Assembly (NCBI RefSeq): GCF_056123305.1 | Contig: NZ_CM148631.1 | DNA length: 24,000 nt | Reading direction: 5' to 3' (one strand) | Notes under the pieces: generated by a model | What the model was told of the DNA's origin: nothing | The model's input: the letters and a program-made list of their open reading frames with translations, nothing else | Database searches by the model: none | Part shown: positions 10,524-18,409 of the stretch, in pieces | Layout of the letters: the number at the start of each line of letters is the position of its first letter | Numbering within the stretch: position 1 is the stretch's first letter | Translations under genes and position numbers: made by a program

Positions 10524-11579
10524 ATGAACAGATTACGCTTTGAAGTGAAGAATAATCAGGGCTGCTTCATTTTCCCGGAAACCTGGTATGAATCACTACT
10601 GGAGAAGTTTAACGAACTGCTTGACTCCTTTGACGAGGATGAGATCAGCGACAGGTCTTATATCAATGCCCTGAAGCGTATCACACAACAGGAACCGGAT
10701 TTTATTGATGCGTATGCATACATGGCATATGCCTTTCTGGAGCAGGAGACACCGCGAAAAGCGCTGAATATTGCACTCAAAGGACTGGCGGCAGGTAACC
10801 GACTGATACCTGAAGGTTTCACCGGTGAAATCAGCTGGTTACATCCGGAAAACAGGCCCTTTCTGAATGCCCTTTACGCCGCCATCCTCGCGAATGTGCA
10901 CCTGCAGCATCATCAGAATGCTGTCATGCTCATTGATAAAATTCTGGCTTACAATCCTTCAGATAATCCGGGAGCACGCTGGTTACTGGGACCGGAACTG
11001 TTGCGTTCTGGTGACCATGAACGGGCTCTCTGTGTTCTCCGGCAGTATGCAGATGAATTTTCGCCTTACTGGTATGAGCTTGGTCTTCTGCATTTTATTA
11101 ATGGAGAGCCGGTGAAGGCAGCGACAGCTTTCCGGCGCGGCTTTGCAGAAAATACTTATATCGCGGAGATTCTATGCGGAAATCTGTACCCCTTCCCGCT
11201 TGCCCTTTGGCATGATTATTCATCTGAGCCGGATACAGCCAGACAGTATTATGAAACATTCTGCCCGTTATGGGGAAAATATCCCGAGGCATTGTTATTT
11301 GTTAACTGGCTCTACAACCAGTCTGGCGTACTGAGCGAACGGGCTGAATTCATGAAGTGTGCTGAAATGCTGTTAAGGGCAGATGATCAGGAAATGAATG
11401 AAAGCATTTTTCAGCAGCGGGAGCTCTTACGGGAAAGAATTGATGATCGTCTTTCTGAGGAAATCGTTCAGAAATTACGGACATTGAACGGGGAGGAGAT
11501 CTGGCCCTGGATGTTACCGTTTTCCGGAGAACTGATCCCCGCAGACATTTGCTTTCAGAACAGTCTGAAATATCAGTAA
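10524..11579 (+). CDS. TPR-like/repeat protein of unknown function (351 aa)
   Basis: Long ORF with helical repeat-like segments (EPDFIDAYAYMAYAFLEQETPRKALNIALKGLAAG; HHQNAVMLIDKILAYNPSDNPGARWLLGPELLRSGDHERALCVLRQYADEFSPYWYELGLLHFINGEPVKAATAFRRG). Confidence 0.8.
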   Translation: MNRLRFEVKNNQGCFIFPETWYESLLEKFNELLDSFDEDEISDRSYINALKRITQQEPDFIDAYAYMAYAFLEQETPRKALNIALKGLAAGNRLIPEGFTGEISWLHPENRPFLNALYAAILANVHLQHHQNAVMLIDKILAYNPSDNPGARWLLGPELLRSGDHERALCVLRQYADEFSPYWYELGLLHFINGEPVKAATAFRRGFAENTYIAEILCGNLYPFPLALWHDYSSEPDTARQYYETFCPLWGKYPEALLFVNWLYNQSGVLSERAEFMKCAEMLLRADDQEMNESIFQQRELLRERIDDRLSEEIVQKLRTLNGEEIWPWMLPFSGELIPADICFQNSLKYQ

Positions 11580-11680
11580 TATCTGCACCAGGATGCCATT
11601 CCGGGGTCAGTAAGGATCTTCCCCCTGACCTGGACAAATGTAATGAAACTCAGCTAAGCCCCAGAAGAGCAGGCATATAG

Positions 11681-12061
11681 TCAACCGAGGTCGCTGCAAT
11701 AAACCATCGCGCTTTGATTCCCCCGATGAAGAGGTGACTGGCAGCGACTTCCTGAGCGACGACTTGTCTTTCCATCAATAGCGACTACCTGAGAAGATAA
11801 AACAGGAAGGACTTCTGAACCCCATCGCCGGAACGCAGCTTCAAACTGCTCAGGGACAATCAGCCCAAAAAGACGGGCGAATGTATCATGGGAAGGTATG
11901 CCATTTTTTAGAGGTAAAAAACTGGCGGAGCCACTCAATGCGTTGCCTGCCCAGAGCTCAATTTCCTGAAAATTATCCGCACCGACCAGCACACCACAAA
12001 CGGCAATGGTCAATGTATCAACCAGAGTGTGCCTGACTTGTCCAGGGCTGACAGGGATCAT
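11681..12061 (-). pseudogene. ISAs1-family (H-repeat type) transposase remnant, N-terminal part only
   Basis: DTLTIAVCGVLVGADNFQEIELWAGN...LKNGIPSHDTFARLFGLIVPEQFEAAFRRW...VVAIDGKTSRRSG, then loss of family similarity after the DGK motif. Confidence 0.8.
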
Positions 12062-12206
12062 GTATTGAGATGAATATATCGGTAACCGGCGGTATATGAG
12101 ACATAATATATCCCTTTGATAAAAAAGGTTATGTTGACATATTTATCCTGCATGTCACGTATCATTATTTTTCATGCGATTGCCCTGCGGTTACCACCGC
12201 TCACAG

Positions 12207-12311
12207 TTAGTAAAGGACTGGGCGGAAGTGGTCAATATAAGGTTGCATTACCTTCCTCCTTATAGTCCGAATCTGAATCCGATTGAACGGATGTGGAAAA
12301 ATGCTGCTTAA
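12207..12311 (+). pseudogene. IS630-family transposase C-terminal fragment
   Basis: In-frame translation VKDWAEVVNIRLHYLPPYSPNLNPIERMWKNAA*; the LPPYSPxLNPIERxWK signature is diagnostic. Confidence 0.8.
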
Positions 12312-12623
12312 TAGTATTGATGTTCATCTTTATGCCTCTAAAAGAAAGCATAAGATCACAACAGGCTCAGCAGGTCAATCACTCTATTTTTGTTCAAAAA
12401 ACGTTCATGATCTTGCCCTACCCAATTTTGTGGGTAAGGATATGCGATGAAATTCTCCTTGCAGTTTAATACAACCTTTCCATATTAAGCGGCAGTATTA
12501 CCTGCCAGTCAGGATAATTTTACACCTAATGTTAGTTAAAATTTGTGCAACTTGAAACAATAATACTACAGTATCCACTATCGTCAGCACACCTCAAATA
12601 CTATTTTTTATGAAACGTTTATT

Positions 12624-13280
12624 TTATAAATCATTATCAATCAAACTCAGGAATGTATCTCTGGCATAATTACCAACGATGTTGGTTGTTATCGCATCAA
12701 GACTACCACCAACGATTCCTCCTACAACAGGAACAAACTTTGACATATTAATAACACCAGTAGCACCTGTTTTTGTAAGCAGTCTGAAACCGACTGCCTT
12801 ATTTATCTTTACAATAATATCTTTACTAATACATCTAATTGCATTTGTTGTCAACTTTTGTCCTATCTGAATTCCTGCTTCCTTCAAAATATCTTTCGCA
12901 GCATTACCTACAAGACAGGTATAAACAATAGTTCTGACTTTATCATCACGAATATCCTGGCCACACATGATCGCAATAGATGCAACCATCCTGACCTGAA
13001 TGAAAAGGACACTTGAAATATTGGTCGGTATAGTTACTGGTAATGTAATAATTCCTCCAAGACCAGTAAGAAAACCTGATGTGGCTGACTTGGTATTTTG
13101 CCATCGAATAAGGCTATTTATCTGTTCTTTTAAACTACTACCCGTTTTCAGATAACTTTCCGCAAGACTATGTGCCGTATCAATTCCTGGGATACCAATA
13201 CCATCGATGGATTTTTCATAAGCGTAATCCAGAAATTTTATGATTTTTGATGGCGTGAGAATATTTTCATTATCAGTCAT
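12624..13280 (-). CDS. EcsC-family-like protein (start probably ATG at 13280; track start 13292)
   Basis: ...GFLTGLGGIITLPVTIPTNISSVLFIQVRMVASIAIMCGQDIRDDKVRTIVYTCLVGNAAKDILKEAG...FVPVVGGIVGGSLDAITTNIVGNYARDTF, typical EcsC-type composition and motifs. Confidence 0.8.
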   Translation of the reverse strand: MTDNENILTPSKIIKFLDYAYEKSIDGIGIPGIDTAHSLAESYLKTGSSLKEQINSLIRWQNTKSATSGFLTGLGGIITLPVTIPTNISSVLFIQVRMVASIAIMCGQDIRDDKVRTIVYTCLVGNAAKDILKEAGIQIGQKLTTNAIRCISKDIIVKINKAVGFRLLTKTGATGVINMSKFVPVVGGIVGGSLDAITTNIVGNYARDTFLSLIDNDL

Positions 13281-13371
13281 ACAACAAAACACCTAAAAAT
13301 TTCACGATCACTTTCTAAAAACTATCTCCGACAGATATCGGAACACCAGTATTATCACCAATTAAATAATA

Positions 13372-13593
13372 TTATTTTTTGAGAAACAATTGTATTGCTC
13401 TGGCAAAAAGATTTTCTGTAATTGTAGCCTTACGTTTATAAATAACTTTCTCTCCACACACAGGACATTCATAAAATCCTGCTGTACAATTCATATGAAT
13501 AATAGTTTTACTCCATTGACAATTTGTACAGATAAATGTAATGGGTGGACAGGGAAAAATCATTGGCTCACACTCTCGATATATAAATAACAC
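13372..13593 (-). CDS. Small zinc-ribbon-like protein, probably starting at internal Met 13563
   Basis: MIFPCPPITFICTNCQWSKTIIHMNCTAGFYECPVCGEKVIYK...: CxxC...CxxC spacing. Confidence 0.6.
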   Translation of the reverse strand: MLFIYRECEPMIFPCPPITFICTNCQWSKTIIHMNCTAGFYECPVCGEKVIYKRKATITENLFARAIQLFLKK

Positions 13594-13653
13594 TTACAGG
13601 GACATGTAAATATTTTCGATTTATCCCTATAAAAATAACTTCACCTCCAGTAA

Positions 13654-14007
13654 TCAATTCAGTTCTGTAAGACGATCGATTATTTTACGTAGTTCATCTG
13701 CAGAATCACATGTATCCAGTGAAATTTTTATTCTAAAATTCTTTAACCAATTAGCAGCCTCCTGATCTTCACGCCATAAACGCTCCCCGCTCCAATCCCC
13801 CCTAAAACATAGAGCAGCAATAGCCAATCCTCTGCATGCTGGCCGATTATGCTCAGATGTATTATTTTGGTTATAAAAATCGTTAATTCTTTCTACCGGA
13901 GATGATTTTATTTTATCCCACACATTGAAATTAGCTTTTTTCATCGTTTCAGCAGCAGCATTAGAAGCAAGCTTACCGAATCCCATTATAGCATCCCAAA
14001 ATCCCAT
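13654..14007 (-). CDS. Hypothetical protein (117 aa), first gene of leftward cluster
   Basis: ORF with AAGGTGAT ribosome-binding-like sequence before ATG; MGFWDAIMGFGKLASNAAAETMKKANFNVWDKIKSS... Confidence 0.65.
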   Translation of the reverse strand: MGFWDAIMGFGKLASNAAAETMKKANFNVWDKIKSSPVERINDFYNQNNTSEHNRPACRGLAIAALCFRGDWSGERLWREDQEAANWLKNFRIKISLDTCDSADELRKIIDRLTELN

Positions 14008-14219
14008 ATATCACCTTATGCTATATAATATCTAAATGAGTATCTAATCTTTTAGAACCACTATTTGGACAATGGTTTTACGCCACTTACATCTGGTACA
14101 AATGAATGTAACCGGGGGCTGAGGAAGTGCCATGAAGGTACGTGTCTGTTGTATTAAACTATCAAATCAGACCACACGCTGCGATTTTGAATTTAACAAC
14201 GTGTAGTCAGATATTACAT

Positions 14220-14969
14220 TCAGAAGCTGTATGTAGCACCTAACGTAAATTCGTTACTTCTGACATCAACAGAGGATTTATATGTATCCTGCCCGTCTTC
14301 ATACGTCAGGGTTGAATCACCTGCATCAAGATAGCGATAAGCAAGGTCAAGACTGAAATCCGGGGTGACCTCATATTTCACGCCAACACCAAGGCTCCAT
14401 GCGAAATTGTTATCATATCCCGAGTAATGTAATGAAGAAGCATCACTTACTTCACCTGATTTATTCCAGGAGGTATCGGTGTATGTTGCCTTATGATGTA
14501 CCCGCGCATAACCCAGTCCGGCTGATACCCACGGAGTGAAAGCACTGCTGTTTCTGAAATCATAATACGTGTTCACCATCAGGGTATTCACGCTGAGCCT
14601 GTTTTGTGTGTCTTCCTTCCAACCATTATCTCCAGACGGGGACTCCCATGTATCCAGTGGATAGCGGGAATTCGCAGAGCCGCGACCATAGAATTCAACT
14701 TCCGTGCGTACAGGGACATTGTAGTGCTGATAAAAGTCGTATCCCACCGCAAGGCCAGCACCAAAAACCGTATCGATCTTGTCACCGCCTTTATACTTAT
14801 AAACATCATCCCCAAAGTCCTGACTAAAGCGCTGATTATCCTGAGTGATAACAGATGCACCAGCCTTACCCGTGATATAGAAACCGGTTTTATCCGCATC
14901 TGCCAGCGTCAGCGTTGAAAACGTACCGGTAAGCGCAGCTACCGCAGTGAGTGCCAGTAACTTTTTCAC
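14220..14969 (-). CDS. Opacity-type outer-membrane beta-barrel protein (249 aa)
   Basis: Signal peptide MKKLLALTAVAALTGTFSTLTLA; alternating strand pattern; GLGYARVHH..., FAWSLGVGVKYEVTPDFSLDLAYRYLDAG, C-terminal TLGATYSF. Confidence 0.88.
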   Translation of the reverse strand: MKKLLALTAVAALTGTFSTLTLADADKTGFYITGKAGASVITQDNQRFSQDFGDDVYKYKGGDKIDTVFGAGLAVGYDFYQHYNVPVRTEVEFYGRGSANSRYPLDTWESPSGDNGWKEDTQNRLSVNTLMVNTYYDFRNSSAFTPWVSAGLGYARVHHKATYTDTSWNKSGEVSDASSLHYSGYDNNFAWSLGVGVKYEVTPDFSLDLAYRYLDAGDSTLTYEDGQDTYKSSVDVRSNEFTLGATYSF

Positions 14970-15062
14970 AATCCACCTCTCCTGATGTTTCCTTCAGACA
15001 TATGAATTTGTCCAATTTTAAGACGGATTTCTCATTGGTAAAATGAATTGTACAGATCGTAT

Positions 15063-15081
15063 CGATCGATAAAATCGATCG
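15063..15081. promoter_or_regulatory. Perfect palindrome upstream of the beta-barrel gene
   Basis: CGATCGAT AAA ATCGATCG (8-bp arms, 3-bp spacer), 94 bp upstream of its start. Confidence 0.5.
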
Positions 15082-15283
15082 TTAAGCAGAAAAAAGATTT
15101 ATCGTCAGCGAAGATTTGTTTATGGAAATGAGTGAAAAACGGGTTAAAAAACAGACTGTGCTGCTCATGTGAAACGGGAAGTGACGGGATAAGAAGTTAT
15201 GTGAGGATTGTTACGGGAAATGCTGTTTTACGTTGTTAAAATGTAACTCCGCAATGAAACTATTCCCTGTGGAGGTCCTGTAA

Positions 15284-15637
15284 ATGAACAAAGCACTCTC
15301 TTCCATTCTGCTCATCTTCGGTATCTGTACATCATCACTGGCCGCTGAAAAAAACAGAACCGTCAGTTTTCCACGATGTGAAGGGCAGGAAGCATCGACT
15401 GTTGCAGCCAGCGTAAAACGGGACTATCTCCAGAAACAGGTGCTTCAGTGGAAAGATGACCAGGAAATTCTCGGTCAGCTGCGCCCCGTTGTCTGGGTGA
15501 ATCTTCGTGAGCCGGTAAATAAAGGTGATAATGTCATCACGGTGCATCTCACTGCCCGTGGAAAGAAAGCAGATATTCAGTATCGTGTGCGCGTTGACTG
15601 TAAGAACGGAAGTGCTACCTGGCAACGCCAGGGATGA
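15284..15637 (+). CDS. YebF-family secreted protein paralog (117 aa)
   Basis: Signal peptide plus VSFPRCEGQEASTVAASVKRDYLQKQVLQWKDDQEILGQLRPVVWVNL...ADIQYRVRVDCKNGSATWQRQ, co-linear with YebF (VTFPKCE...AASVKRDYQQN...DYQ/ADIHYQVSVDCK). Confidence 0.85.
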   Translation: MNKALSSILLIFGICTSSLAAEKNRTVSFPRCEGQEASTVAASVKRDYLQKQVLQWKDDQEILGQLRPVVWVNLREPVNKGDNVITVHLTARGKKADIQYRVRVDCKNGSATWQRQG

Positions 15638-15655
15638 ACGGGTGAAGTTGAATAC

Positions 15656-15677
15656 AGAGCCCGAACGAACAGGCTCT
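15656..15677. terminator. Possible bidirectional terminator between convergent genes
   Basis: AGAGCC ... GGCTCT (6-bp arms, 10-bp loop). Confidence 0.35.
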
Positions 15678-15683
15678 CCATAC

Positions 15684-16271
15684 TCATCGTATATAACTGA
15701 ATGCGGTGATGACGTGTTTCACCCCCGCCACGCGACTGGCGATATCAGCAGCAGCCTGTCCTTCCTTCTCTGTAACTCTCCCCATAAGAAAGACTTCACC
15801 ATTCTCCGTCAGTACCTTTACATCTGACAGTTTCACCCTGCTGCTCTTCAGTAACTGTGCCCGGATTTTTGTGGTCAGCCACGCATCAGTAGCTGTTTTA
15901 TCAGCCCGAAGTGGTTTTCCCGTCCTTATTTCATTCCATACCTGCACAGTCCCCTCAACACCATCTGCAATCTGACGGGCTTTTTCACCTGCACTACGGT
16001 CTGGTGCCTGCCCTGTCAGCAGTACAGTGCCCTGGTATGCTGTGACGATGATTCGCGCATCCCCCCTGAGTTGTGAGTCCTTCGACAGCGCACGGCTGAC
16101 CCTTGCTTCCAGAATTTCATCATCAATCTGCGTTCCCGCACTTCGGGGGTCCACTGACACTTTAGTACCCACAGCAGCCGTACCGACCAGCGCAGCGGCA
16201 ACACAACCCTGTAACAGCAACAGAGTCGAAAGAAAAGGCAGAAACCAGCGTTGCATGGCAGAATCCTCCAC
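15684..16271 (-). CDS. BON-domain lipoprotein, DolP/YraP paralog (start may be ATG at 16256)
   Basis: Lipobox LLLLQGC; VAAALVGTAAVGTKVSVDPRSAGTQIDD..., two BON repeats, SRVAGVKHVITAFSYIR; strongly DolP/YraP-like. Confidence 0.92.
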   Translation of the reverse strand: MEDSAMQRWFLPFLSTLLLLQGCVAAALVGTAAVGTKVSVDPRSAGTQIDDEILEARVSRALSKDSQLRGDARIIVTAYQGTVLLTGQAPDRSAGEKARQIADGVEGTVQVWNEIRTGKPLRADKTATDAWLTTKIRAQLLKSSRVKLSDVKVLTENGEVFLMGRVTEKEGQAAADIASRVAGVKHVITAFSYIR

Positions 16272-16579
16272 GGTCTGATATCCGGAATTTCGCAGTATGA
16301 CGGCAGGAATCAGCCATCACAGATACCACAAGCTTCAGAGAGTAACGAAAACGTTAAAGGAAACGGAAGTGCCTGAATGTAAAGAACGGGGAACCACACA
16401 GGGTATGGACAAACATAATAACAATAACAGGATGAAAATATTGAATAAAAAATAAAAACCGAGACATCATCATTTGCAGTAATAGCCACCTCCTTACCGA
16501 AAAGTGTGAGTTGCCGGACATTTTTTAAACGCATGATAAGGTCTGATGATACAGTCACCCTGCAACCAGGAGGTACATC

Positions 16580-16873
16580 ATGCGTATACGTGTTTTTGGT
16601 TACCGGCACTGCCCTTCAGTCCATCGCATCATGCATCACGCAACGCGAATCCCCGATGAAATGGAACCGGATGTTGTGTTTATTGATGTCGCGAAGCACA
16701 GTGTGACGCTGCGGGATATGGCTGACCGTGCAGGCTGCCCGGTGGATAACTTCCCGTGTGTGTTTGTTGATGATGTCTATCTGGAGCCCCTCCACCAGAA
16801 CCGGGCAAACCGCACTTTACATACTGCTGAATATTTATTACCGGATATGGACAATCGCTTTCATTCGGGATAA
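16580..16873 (+). CDS. Small thioredoxin/glutaredoxin-fold-like protein (97 aa)
   Basis: Optimal AGGAGGT ribosome-binding site 5 nt before ATG; MRIRVFGYRHCPSVHRI...VVFIDVAKHSVTLRDMADRAGCPVDNFPCVFVDDVYLE resembles beta-CPxx-alpha...cis-Pro topology. Confidence 0.55.
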   Translation: MRIRVFGYRHCPSVHRIMHHATRIPDEMEPDVVFIDVAKHSVTLRDMADRAGCPVDNFPCVFVDDVYLEPLHQNRANRTLHTAEYLLPDMDNRFHSG

Positions 16874-16997
16874 AAAATACTGCGCGTTCCTGGTTTATTT
16901 TGCGTTGCTGTCATGACGTGTTTGCCTTCATTGCCGGGATCGCGCACTTTTTGTTATAACTCCCCGGAGGACACTGTCTGTAATCAGATGGAAACCT

Positions 16998-17432
16998 TTA
17001 TCTCAGTGATGTCCTGGTTAATACAGAATACTGCCCCGGACCAAGTAACATAATGGCAATCCCCCCCATGAAATACAGCATTTCATTTTCAAGCCCCCAC
17101 GCCCCTACTTCAGTCAGTGTGAAAAACTTCCCTGTTCCGACCAGAAGCGTGGCAACAATCAGTGTCAGCGCATAAATCAGAGCAGCAGGTCTGGTAAATA
17201 TCCCAAGAATGATAAGTACCGGAGCCACGATTTCACCAATATACACACCATAGGCAATAAATCCTGGCAAACCAGCATCCTGCAACATTGATATAATCCA
17301 GTTGACACCGTGCTCTATTTTGGCCACACCATGGAACAGCATCAATATACCAAATGTCAGTCTCAGCAACAGAAGACCTGTATCCGGGTAGTCTGTCAGT
17401 CTGGTAAAGAACATATTTATTCTTGCTGGCAT
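16998..17432 (-). CDS. DoxX-family integral membrane protein (144 aa)
   Basis: LLLLRLTFGILMLFHGVAKIEHG...LPGFIAYGVYIGEIVAPVLIILGIFTRPAALIYALTLIVATLL, typical DoxX. Confidence 0.9.
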   Translation of the reverse strand: MPARINMFFTRLTDYPDTGLLLLRLTFGILMLFHGVAKIEHGVNWIISMLQDAGLPGFIAYGVYIGEIVAPVLIILGIFTRPAALIYALTLIVATLLVGTGKFFTLTEVGAWGLENEMLYFMGGIAIMLLGPGQYSVLTRTSLR

Positions 17433-17800
17433 AAAAAACCTCGTTAAACGATAACAGATAATGAAGAAACTATTATCGTTGAGTCGACACCATCAATTGA
17501 CCAGATATTTCTGACATTCATAATCAAAAAATTTGACAAAACTGTAAACGTTCGCTTTTTATACCAACACAGAATCCACTCAGTCACACAACCTGTATGC
17601 GTCATTTCCTGCTGTTATTTAAAAAATTTCTCACGTAACAGACATTTCAAAAAAACACTAAAAAATACCAGAACAATTAAGATAATATTACGATCAAATA
17701 AGTAAAAGTCTTTTGTCTGTTATTTTTATTTTCTGTGATTACTGTCATTCTTTCACCACTTTAATTAACATCGCATAATAATCCGGGAGGTGGATAAGAT

Positions 17801-17851
17801 ATGAAAATTAACTATCCTTTACTGGCGCTGGCGTTGAATTATTACCTGTAG
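17801..17851 (+). pseudogene. Signal-peptide-like gene start truncated by IS66 remnant
   Basis: GGGAGGTGGATAAGAT-ATG; MKINYPLLALALNYYL*; sequence switches at about 17838-17842 to an IS66-family TnpA-like frame. Confidence 0.5.
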
Positions 17852-18215
17852 AGCTCACTCCGGATGAGCAGAAAGAACCGATGGTGGCTCTTACTCCACT
17901 TTTATCCACTCCTTCACACAGCACTGTCAGTGCAGGTGCCTGAAAGATCTCGTTCCGTCACGGTAAAATGACGCTGGAAAATTCTTCACCAGAACTGCTC
18001 ACTGTGTTAATTCGTGAACTGACCTGGGGGGAATGCGTGGTACCCTGCTGTACGGACTAATCGGAACCTGTCGGTTGAACGGTATCGATCCGGAAGCGTA
18101 TCTGCGCCATATCCTGAACGTTCTACCGGAATGGCCTTCCTGCATGGTTGATGAACTCCTGCCATGGAATATGGTGCTCCCATTGGGGTAAGCGTCAATA
18201 CGGCGTTCGCTTAAC
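17842..18215 (+). mobile_element. Internally deleted IS66-family remnant: TnpA C-term joined to TnpC C-term plus degenerate terminal repeat
   Basis: FRHGKMTLENSSPELLTVLIREL (TnpA-like; compare LRHGTLTLDNPDPEIQLRIVREL in 22001-22411) then LLYGLIGTCRLNGIDPEAYLRHILNVLPEWPSCMVDELLPWNMVLPLG* ending 18191 (compare [48 protein letters not shown] in 19986-21437); CGTCAATACGGC...CGCTTA end. Confidence 0.85.
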
Positions 18216-18314
18216 TTAACACTTACTTTCAAAGCCTGATATCTGTCCTACGCTTTTCCTCAATACCACATCGCCAGCAGGAAACAACCTAATGCCTGTG
18301 TTGGGGTCTGAATT

Positions 18315-18333
18315 ACTAATGATAATCATTTGC
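18315..18333. promoter_or_regulatory. Fur-box-like site upstream of sitA
   Basis: ACTAATGATAATCATTTGC, 15/19 match to GATAATGATAATCATTATC, with AATGATAATCATT palindromic core. Confidence 0.75.
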
Positions 18334-18339
18334 ATTGTG

Positions 18340-18355
18340 TATAGCTTATGCTATA
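18340..18355. promoter_or_regulatory. Second, MntR-like palindrome
   Basis: TATAGC TTAT GCTATA, same half-site core (ATAGC-N4-GCTAT) as the adjacent site. Confidence 0.45.
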
Positions 18356-18377
18356 AAACATAGCCGTTGCTATGTTT
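18356..18377. promoter_or_regulatory. MntR operator-like palindrome upstream of sitA
   Basis: AAACATAGC CGTT GCTATGTTT, perfect 9-bp arms, resembling known enterobacterial MntR sites at mntH/sitABCD. Confidence 0.8.
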
Positions 18378-18409
18378 GTTCTAATTTTACTCACTATAGG
18401 TACTGAATT

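Noticed and set aside
12624-14007. Interpreting the EcsC/zinc-ribbon cluster as a known toxin-antitoxin or named phage-defence system
   Set aside because: No recognisable toxin, nuclease, ATPase or other defence hallmark in any of the three proteins; kept only as an uncharacterised cluster.
14588-14918. ORFs on both strands overlapping the beta-barrel gene
   Set aside because: Alternate frames of a well-supported outer-membrane protein gene.
16310-16609. 99-aa minus-strand ORF
   Set aside because: Runs across AT-rich low-complexity sequence, no RBS evidence, overlaps the better supported 16580 gene start; translation has an implausible composition.
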